From Tubiluchus corallicola (Eukaryota > Animalia > Priapulida), in NCBI GenBank assembly GCA_030141605.1, contig JAQGDQ010000006.1, positions 1,513,067 to 1,577,066 on the forward strand: a stretch of DNA of 64,000 nucleotides. The letters run 5' to 3'. This document shows, piece after piece, positions 48,010 through 64,000 of this stretch. A model generated the notes under the pieces. That model was not told the DNA's origin, searched no databases, and saw nothing but the letters and a program-made list of their open reading frames with translations. The position numbers and the translations under genes are program-made. Positions within the stretch are counted from its first letter, which is position 1. Every line of letters begins with the position of its first letter.

Positions 48010-50004
48010 AAGTATACTAACAGGAAAGCAATAAAACTTGCTGAAACATCGCTTACTAACAGATAGCAGTGCACATGCGCTTTCGCAATATGTACTATGC
48101 GCAGAATCATTGTACAGAATTTATATCGCTCCCCGCGACCTACGTCGCTGGTTGTTCAGCTATTTACTAAAAATTGTTCTTGCATAGTGGCTGCAGTAAT
48201 CGCTAGCCACTGGCAAATGTTACATTTACTGTGTTAATTATTAAGCTAATAATTTATTGTAGCTAACTACGTAGTGTGTTCAAATATTATCATATAAGAA
48301 GTTTTAACTTTCTTAAAAGAATTATTAATAATTTTTATACGATTCGGCACACTTGTTCAAAGCCAAAATTCAGCATTTAGTCTAAGTTAGGTATAAGTGC
48401 TTTCAGTGCACTGTTCCTGCGACATAGGCCTATTAATTGTATTTATAGGCCTAATTATATTACTAAATCGAATAACAGTCAATAACAGTTCTGTGTATAA
48501 CAATATAGGTACTACCTGGTACATACAAAAGAAACAAAACTGAATTAAACGTTTATGAGAAAATAATTACCAAATGTCACGTCACTAGTTTAAACAGACA
48601 GAAGCACAAGTAAATAAAAAAGAAATCTGTAAAAAAAAATAACAAAAAACTTTGTTAAAGGCTAGTAATGAAAATTAATAAACCTATGCAAAAACCGTGA
48701 TAAATGAAAGAGGAAAACAGGGAAGGCAAAACGAAAAAACGGCACCTATGAAGTGGTACTTTTTTCTGTCGTATTTATTCGAGATAATTACACTGATATA
48801 GGAACAAATTTTCAAGTTTCACTCACAATTATCAACATAACTTATCTTGCCTATTTTAAATTTTTCTAGTGCTGATGACACCATGACGGCATAGGCGAAC
48901 GGGCCGATTTTTTCAGGAGGGAGGGTAAGCCACTTTTGCCGGAAAAATTCAGGGTCACCTCCGCGTCGGGAATTGCCTCACCACACCCCATGATAAAAAA
49001 ATGTCCGAATTTCGGGCACTTCATTTGGCAGCATGGAGAAATTGCGAGATTTCCTTTTATGAAAAATATTATTTTATAGTAATTTCGGTGCCCGAAAAAA
49101 ATGTGTTTGCCCGAATCCGGGCGGGGGAGGCTGCAGACAAACAGCCACCCCCCACCCCCAACCCTTGCTCGTGCACGTCGGCTGTATTGTTTAAGAATTT
49201 TGTGTTAAGCCAATGATACACGGCCGCCACAAGACAAACCGGCAGACGTCGGCCGTGATAAAATGACCGCCCAAATTAGACTACATTAATTTCAAATCAA
49301 AGATGAAACGCGGAGTTTATGGAAGTGGCCGTGAAGACAGCAGCCGTTCTAAAACAGAAATGAGTTCTATTTTGTACAGTATGCACCAGCCGGCCAAGGG
49401 TTTTATCCAATCAGGGATCAGTATTCCAGCATTGGTTTTTGCTTTTCCCGCGACGTATTGTAACACGGTATGCATGAATGCTGTACGTATAATAGATAGA
49501 TGGTTTATGTTAAGTGAATTTAACTTAAGCCTGAAGAATACTTGCATCATGCATTTAACAGAAGCCATGTAACCATTTAAACTTGATTTAATAAGTTCAC
49601 TATTTTACTTGACAAAAATTCCGCAGTTTTTAGCGTAACCTTATGCAACGGTTCAATACTATGCAAGATGTATTTCCGTTTTTCCCACTTAAATTGTAAT
49701 GTGATGGTCGATATCAGAAAACTTCAGAATTTTTCAAAAACCAAACCGAATCGCGGATGTATGGCTGAATTTCAGTAGACTCCGGGCCAAATCAGGAGGA
49801 TGGCAACCCTAGCAGTGATACAAAAATTGAACTTAAAAAACAAGATAACCCACTAAACAATTGATTATAGATCTAAATTTCAACGTTAAAACACTACCCA
49901 TGAGTACTTAAAACTAAACAGTGACGAAATGTTTGGCTGTACGGTCGTCATTAATGCTGCGCTCCCTTCTACACGGACGGCTGCGTATCAGATCTTTCGT
50001 TAGT

Positions 50005-51654
50005 TTGATTGAATGATTGAATATCTTTATTGACATAAACATATGATAATAACGATGTAATAATTCATGTGTTAATTAATACTGTAAAATGTTATTAAAG
50101 CTGTTTCCAGCCCACTTGGGCTTACAAGTCAATTTCATGAAAATTTATCACATAATAACTGTGCAGTTCATTTACATAGAATATCAAATAAAAGAATATA
50201 TATAATATGGAATTTTAACATATACCTGAATGGACAAGTCATGTATTAAATATATATCTTGCTTTGCCTCATTCTAAAAATCTTATAAGCATATTTTGCA
50301 GTCCTAAGGACATTCTCTTCTGACATAATATATTTCCATTTATTTACATTATCTAATTGTTCCGGGTCCATGTTAATATCTTGGAAAAATTCTTCTCTCT
50401 CTAGTCTATAATGTGTACAAACAAACATAAAGTGAGATTCATCTTCTACATCTCCACAGCAACATATCTTACACAAACGTTCACCAACCTTAACATTTCT
50501 AAACCTACCATGCTCCAGTTCCAGGGGAAGAGTACCACTTCTTAGCTTTGCAAGCACAGACCTGTATTTTCCTTGCATATTAATATAAACATATGGTTCT
50601 ACTCCAAAGCTGTTCTTATACAATATATATGTTCTAAGTTTAGGGTAATCTGCATTTTTTGCTTTCCAATCAACACATTGTTTCTCATACAGCTGTGCCC
50701 ATGCTCTGCTAAGAGGTACAGTATCCATATTAACAAAAGCTTGCTGGAACCCTGCTTCCTCTAGGACTTTAGAAATTTCATATGACCAACCAACGTTGGT
50801 ATTACAGTCCCAAAGAAATATTCTCTTAACAAGTCTAGAATTATCAAGTGTTAAAAGACGATTCCAATACCTTATCATAGATGACTTTCTTCTAACTGAA
50901 GATGGTGACCATCCCATATCACCCTGTATACATTGATTAGCAGCAAAATTATGAACACCAAGAAATATTCTTAATGCCTTATTCTGGACAGTATCAATTT
51001 TAGGGTACTTGTTATATCCCCATACTTCTGAACCATAATCAAGTATAGGACATACACCTGCATTGAATAACTTAGTAAAAGAATAATAACCCAGCCCATT
51101 TAACTTTTTATATTTACCAATCAAGGCATCCAGTGCTCTACTGCCTGAGTCTGCCAGTACTAGTGCTGTAACCTTATAATCTAAATGTTCATTAAGATAA
51201 ATCCCCAGATACTTATACCTATCTACAGTGCTCAAAATCTGATCACTAAGTTTAAATAGTACATCAGTTTGATTCACTTGGGGTTTTCTGAAATGGACAA
51301 CATTTGACTTTTTACTGTTAAATTTGATTCTCCATTTCTTTCCCCACTCAGTGATCTTATCTAACATTTTCTGAAGATCTTCTTCAGATTCTGCTAAAAT
51401 TACAACGTCATCAGCATACATTAAAATACAAATCTTATCATTACCAACAGGAATACCAATATTTAGGGACTTTACATCATCTGCCATATCATTTATATAC
51501 CAGCTGAACAGGGTTGGTGACAAAGTGTCTCCCTGCCTGACACCATATTCACATTTAAATTTATCAGTGAGGATACCATTTAGATTCACAGCACTATAGG
51601 TATCTGAAAGAATATTCTTAATGCTGCTATACATTTTGCCATCCACTATTACAT
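50005..51654 (-). mobile_element. 5'-truncated non-LTR retrotransposon (LINE); ORF2 reverse transcriptase C-terminal part at 51646-50246
   Basis: Uninterrupted 466-aa ORF with GVRQGDTLSP, YADD, YKYLG and C-terminal CxxC..EDESHF...C. The 3' end has AATAAA and a short TTCAATCA-repeat tail. Possible GTTAGT target-site duplication (49999-50004 / 51655-51660). Confidence 0.9.
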
Positions 51655-52316
51655 GTTAGTAATAAAATAATTTGTTCGTAATTTGTCTGTATTAAAGGAA
51701 TAGCTGGTATTCAACATAGGGCAGATCCAGACTGCTACTTGTTGCAGAGCCAGAATTCAGACCACACCTGTTTGTCAAGGATAAACCTGTGAGACGAGAT
51801 AGTGAAAAAATACAGGTAAGTAATTCTACCTCTGCCTGCATAATCAGATGCACACCGTGGATGTCTCTACGACTTAACCAGACTAGGTCCCTCAACGACT
51901 TAGCGAGAGAAATAACCTGCGAATGGCGCATCATTTTACTAAATAGGTCGAGTTCTATGACTGCTTAACCATGGCTTCGCATTATCTACGAAGCTCCATT
52001 TAACCATTATTATTGCCCTAAACATAGTCTGTTAATTTATTCATTATGATTCATAGAATCGGTTAGTAGATTATATTGATATTAAAGCATGTTTTTTGGT
52101 ATCTGTGAGAAATTCACGAATCCCACTTCAAACTTTTCAAGCTAATGAACATAAATAAATCAAAGTTCTTGTAACGCGTTTTCATCATTGATGGTTGCAC
52201 AAATCATGTTGATGTCAGATAGCAACACTTAACAAGTATGTCAGATAACTTAATTAATAAACATTTTCATTGTGGTAGTTCTGTAGATTGCTGATGCCGA
52301 TAGCTTAGCCTTCAAG

Positions 52317-54782
52317 ATGTTTGACAAGAAAGTTGCTTTGTGTCTAACATTGTCCATTCTCTGGCTGCAAAGTAAGTAACTCAGCATAAAAAAGTTGTTT
52401 TTGATTTTGGTAAATTTGCTAACCTTTAGTCGTAACTCAAGCCGGTCGCCTGATAGTGATTCGACTCTCTACTATAGACTTTATAATGGTGGTCAGAAAA
52501 TACTAAATTTCAAACGTTGACTCTCACGTTTTTATATAATTTCCAGTGTACTTCAGGACCGAGTAACGTCTACACTAGCTCAGCAATTTTGGAGGAGATA
52601 GATTATACAGACAGAAAAATACTAATTTTAGAAGTTTAGTAGAAAAGTACTAATTTTAGAAGTTTAGTAGAAAAGTACTAATTTTAGAAGTTTAGTAGAA
52701 AAGTACTAATTTTAGAAGTTTAGTAGACAAGTACTAATATTAGAAGTTTAGTAGAAAAGTACTAATTTTAGAAGTTTAGTAGACAAGTACTAATTTTAGA
52801 AGTTTAGTAGACAAGTACTAATTTTAGAATTTTAAGTTTTATGACCGTTGTTAGGCATTTTTAACGCACAGCTATAGGTCAGATCCTACCTGCTGTGTAA
52901 GCTTTGTTCGAATCGTTTCAGAGATATCGGAGAAAGAGCAAACAAACACAAACAGTCAGACAGATAAAAATTCTAAATTTTGACTCCTACAACTTTTAGA
53001 TAATTGTTCATTGTATCACAATATCCAGTTGCGTCTTCACTACCTCAGGAATAGAGATAGATTTTGAAGTCAGAAAAGTACCAATCTTAGAAGTTGTTTT
53101 TATGCCGCAGGTAAGCGATCGTTGTCAGCATGGCCCCACAGTTTTTTACTGTATAACAAGTGTTCAGGCTGGCTTGGTTGCTTGCTTGGTTGGTTGGAAT
53201 TGTATCAGCCGTCCCCGAGGAGTAGCGTGCAGAGGTAGGCAGGAAGGCGGGCGGACAGACAGGCGAACAGACTGATGCGACTGAGAATAAAAGTTGGCTA
53301 AGTTGTGTTGTCTAATAGGTTAATTAGAGAAATGATAAACGGTATGAAAGCAATGTCAAAGCTTGAAAAGTGCGAAGAGAGAGAAAAAAGAGAAAGAGAG
53401 AGACAGATAGAAAGAGAAGGAGAACAGAAAAGGGAATAGAAGAGATGGTAAAATAATAATTTTTTGTAGTAAAATTAACAGGTAAGTTGCAATTTATATC
53501 TGTCTGTAACAAATTATGGCTCACCTACTGAGACGGAACTAATGTTTATTTTTGCTTTGCAGCACTGTCATATACAACCGAAGGAAGCTCATCAAATGCA
53601 AGATATGGAATCCCTTTATTAGACTTTGAAGATTACTTGCAGTGTTATGAATGTGAAGTATCGTTTCGCAAGACGTACAATACGAATGATACCTGTTTTA
53701 GTGAAGATAGACTCATCAATAGCAGCTATTGGGTATTTTGCCCGAAAAAGTACAATACCTGCCAGGTAACTACTATAGTTATTACTAATGTGTTATATGT
53801 GGGTCTTAAACGTCATAGTTAATATCTATCCTCTGGGTAATTTGCTTATGACTGTTCTTGCAGCTTCAAATTTGCATGTTACAGACATTTCTGCAGACAA
53901 GTTCTTTACTTTGCTGAGGTGACTTGAACTGCCCAAATTAATACTATAATTAATATTCAGCACTAAAGCAGGTTAATAGCTGAGTGGTGACGTTCGTGTG
54001 TCTCACGACCGAAGTTACGCAACGCTACCGCCTGGGCTCGAATTCGATACTTGCCCTTGGCCATATATCACTCTCCATAGTGTTTTTGGTTGCTGGCCTT
54101 GTGCTTTTGTATCAAAACATGGCTAAGACGCCCCTTCTGGTTCAGTAGCTCACTTGGGTTGCACTTAAGGTTACTGACACGAGGTAAGACGCCGATCTCG
54201 CCATAAACACCACCTTAAAGTGATCCCGCTGTTTAATGCTGCATTCCTGCTAGCATTGCTCCGCATTATGCAATACAATAATGTATGAGAAACTTATCAT
54301 TGCTGTTGTTTTTCCGGCTAGTGAAGCGAATGATGTTGCACAACAAAGCCACGTTCACACCTCGAATTCGCTCCGGCAAATCAGAATTATACGAACCCTT
54401 GTGCAAGAGGTGACATGGTTTGGCAATTCGTCACTACACTTGCAACAAAAAGTGTTTATTTTATGCCTTTTTATTACTAATATCAAATCTAAAATTTATA
54501 TCACTTTCAATTGGCATAATTATTAAAATTTATTTTACGTTATTTTTGTAGACGGAGAGAAGAGAAGTGAATGGGGTTCTTGTTCTCCTCCTGCGGAGAT
54601 GTGCTAAAGAATGTGAACCTGGCTGTGAGCTGAGTGGTTATGGAGTGACAATAAAATCATGCATTTCCTGTTGTAATTCAACTCTTTGCAACGTGGACAA
54701 TTTTGCCTTACTGATGTTGCCGTCCAGAACTACGATAACAGCAGTGCTGCTGATGTTGTTATATTATGAATATTTAATTTAA
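52317..54782 (+). CDS. Ly6/uPAR (three-finger) GPI-anchored protein, LYPD6/quiver-like, 162 aa. Exons 52317-52371, 53563-53765, 54552-54782
   Basis: Signal peptide MFDKKVALCLTLSILWLQTLS. Domain LQCYEC...C...FCP..C..RRC..C..GC...CISCCNSTLCN (12 Cys). Hydrophobic C-terminal GPI-like signal. Exon phases 1 and 0 are consistent. Confidence 0.85.
52620..52829. repeat. 28-bp minisatellite, about 7.5 copies, in Ly6 intron 1
   Basis: Unit TACTAATTTTAGAAGTTTAGTAGA(A/C)AAG. Confidence 0.92.
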
Positions 54783-56511
54783 TTCCATTTCGTTTTACAT
54801 TTTATTATGGAAACTGCCGTACACAGCTCATCCTTACATTATGCCCCACATTGCTGGTACCGTGCAACCGAGAAAGCACTTTGCAAAACGGTTTTATGAA
54901 ATTCCATGTAGCATGTAAAAATAGTAGAACCTCGACAATTAAATTTGTAACCAAACATACGTTAAATGCCGTAAACTCAATAATGTTTTTCAACTTGTAT
55001 AAAACTGTTATAAAAATAATGTACCCTGAAAGATGTACATTTTCATGTATTATCTCGTAAGATTATGAAAGGCAGCTAACGATAATAAACTTAACTAAAG
55101 ACTGCATAAGTTGTATAGAAAATACAAATCTTAATTTTTATCAAAGTATCAATTGAGAGAAACGTTAGAATATGTGGGGATCTTTTTAAATTAATTGCTT
55201 TGTCTTCTTGTATGAAAATAACTTCACTACTTTTTTGTTGTTGTCAGTTTTTAATATATTTAATATACTTTTGCTAATAGTCTACTAACTTCTTTTAATT
55301 GAATCACTTATGTAACTTGACTGTACACGTGTGTTCGAAAATAAATGATGTTAATAATAACAGTTTACCTGCTAGTCATAATGTTGCTGCTTCTGTTACT
55401 GGTGCTGCTGATGACGATGATAATAATAATGGTGATGACATGATGGCATGTATTATGGCACTGGCGATGATGATGACACGACTGTGATAGTGATGGTGAG
55501 AGAGACAGTGATGATGACTGAGATTATGGTGATGAAGACGATGAAGACAATGACGAACGGTGATTAATTTCTTCATTTTACTGGCAGCACCAACAATAAT
55601 TTAGTTAATTTTGAGTTCAGTTTGGTATCATGATATTATGTTATTAAACTTTAGTAATTCTATTTAGATGTAACCATATTGTAGTATCATTTTACATTAA
55701 GAAAGATTATACATTATATTTTGTGTATACTTAATGTTGCCATAATATTTTGCGATAAATTAAACATAATTTCTTTTTCTCTATGAAAGTTAACATGTTT
55801 CCTGACGAATGCTCGCTGGTAAAAAACATTGGTGTAGCTATTGCTAAAGTGTTTGCCTGTCACGGAAAGGTGCAAAAAAGTGACATTTGAATTACTCAGC
55901 ACGTATATATTGCTAAAACTTTTGCTTGACACGGTGATGTACTGTTCAAAGTGACATTTGAATTACTCAGAGCGTATATATTGCTAAAACTTTTGCTTGA
56001 CACGGTGAGGTACTGTTGAACATTTGAATCACTCACAGCGCATACATTGCTAAAACTTTCCCCTGTCTCGGTGAGGTTCTGTTGAACATTTGACTCACTC
56101 ACAGTGCATACATTGCTAAAACTTTCCCCTGTCACGGTGAGGTACTGTTGAACATTTGAATCACTCACAGCATATACATTGCTAAAACTTTCCCCTGTCA
56201 CGGTGAGGTACTGTTCAACAATTGAATTACTCACAGCGAATACATTGCTAAAACTTTTGACTGTCACAGTGAGGTACTGTTGAACATTTTAATCACTCAC
56301 AGCATATACATTGCTAAAACTTTCCCCTGTCACGGTGAGGTACTGTTGAACATTTGAATCACTCACAGCGCATACATTGCTAAAACTTTCCCCTGTCACG
56401 GTGAGGTACTGTTGAACATTTGAATCACTCACAGCGCATACATTGCTAAAACTTTCCCCTGTTACGGTGAGGTACTATTGATTATTTGAATCACTCACAG
56501 CGCATACATTG

Positions 56512-62686
<6,175 letters not shown>

Positions 62687-64000
62687 AATAACCCGTTTTT
62701 ATCTTGATGAATAAACTGCGTTATAAAATTTGCAGCAGCTGAAGGTTATTGTACAAATATTGTTGTTAATAAGCGCAAGGAACTTTCTTGTTTGCACATC
62801 ATTTGTCCCATTGTGGTAAAGCTTATTTCCATGTCTTCAATAAAATATATAGCGTCACCTTAGATATTGTCACGTGTGGGTTACGCCTTTTAACGACCGA
62901 AAAAAGCGTCAACAGTAGACATGTTAGCGTGCTGTACTTTCCACAAATGAGATCTTCAGGCAATTTAGAAGTTCCACATGAACGGGCGTTCAGGTTTTGT
63001 TCGCCAGCGTCCAAGTGGATTAAGCTTAACAATTTAACGTGGCTGGGAGGGTCGAGGGAGGCGAACACAAAACAACCTTAGCCTAGACACACGTAAAACT
63101 GGCCATCACGTTTTTAAATTATGGTAAACATGCAGAAATTGAAATCGTAGTTGTTTGAAAGCAGAATTTATTAATGAAGATTCATTTGAGCTCATATATT
63201 TCCACTCGAATACCTAATTTTATGGGTCGCATGTAGCTATAAACTAATATCACCTTTCTGGCTAGTATTACATACTCGTACTATTCTGAATTATTTTTAT
63301 TTATTTATTTATTTATTTATTTAGTAAATGTAATTCCCTTTTAGGTAAGTTTAATAAATTACTTGAATTTTTAATTTTTGCTTTTCAGGCAGACAATGGG
63401 TTTTGTTGGATGACGTAGAATGTCAAAAAGGTCACTAAGCCTTCTTTCACGATTACGTTCTACGTCTTTTAATTTAGATTTACGTCTTTGCAACTAATAC
63501 GAAAATATTTCTCACCAGCCGAATAATATTGATTGCAACAAGCTAAATCAGATTTTGACGAAACTAAGAATCAATTTTCGCCATCTTTAAAATGTAACAA
63601 ATGAATACGTTTAATTGTCGCTGATTCACAATTGAATATATTGTGCAAAATAAAATTTATTACAGGAAAAACAGTGTTAAAACTAATATATTTTTTGTAG
63701 TTTGCCACACTAAAACGTAACATTGTGATACAAAATTAATAATTATGACTGGAATGAAAGAAGATGCGCCACGTGGTCTATGTGAAGTGCAGAAATCACA
63801 ACTTGGCATCGCAAAAATTCCAATCTTGCTTGTCATTGTCTTTACGGCTATTGTTCAATCGGAAAACTGTACTTCCTCCCAATGTTTCCTCTATTATCCA
63901 CGTCAGGCACATGAACTTCACCACTGTCCTTTTTTGCTAAACACAAAAGAAACAAAATTATGTTTTATAAAACTTAAATTATTATTTTTAAAAATTACAC

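Noticed and set aside
55896-56267. Stand-alone 123-aa repeat protein
   Set aside because: No ATG start; it is an open frame of the 66-bp minisatellite.

Overview
AT-rich, intron-rich animal (probably invertebrate) genomic DNA, not prokaryotic. Manual splicing gives six protein-coding genes. Three are clan-2 cytochrome P450s: CYP-A (- strand, partial, runs off the left end), CYP-B (+, head-to-head with CYP-A, exon 3 truncated so probably null) and CYP-C (+, intact, 497 aa). The others are a complete 7-exon Wnt8 (-, 336 aa), a 3-exon GPI-type Ly6/three-finger protein with a 12-Cys LYPD6-like pattern (+, 162 aa), and a convergent 4-exon type-I membrane protein I do not recognise (-, 327 aa). The small ectodomain of that last protein has the Cys spacing and Lys/Tyr dyad of CS-alpha-beta scorpion K+-channel toxins, and its tail carries PY motifs; it is the best candidate for a new system. 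Also present: tRNA-Ile(AAT), a young 5'-truncated LINE, hAT, Kolobok-like and Harbinger-like non-autonomous transposons, tRNA-derived SINE heads, long hairpins, and many micro- and minisatellites. Two minisatellites amplify functional gene junctions (a splice donor and a stop codon). All gene models were read by eye from GT-AG signals and exon phases; no database searches were run.
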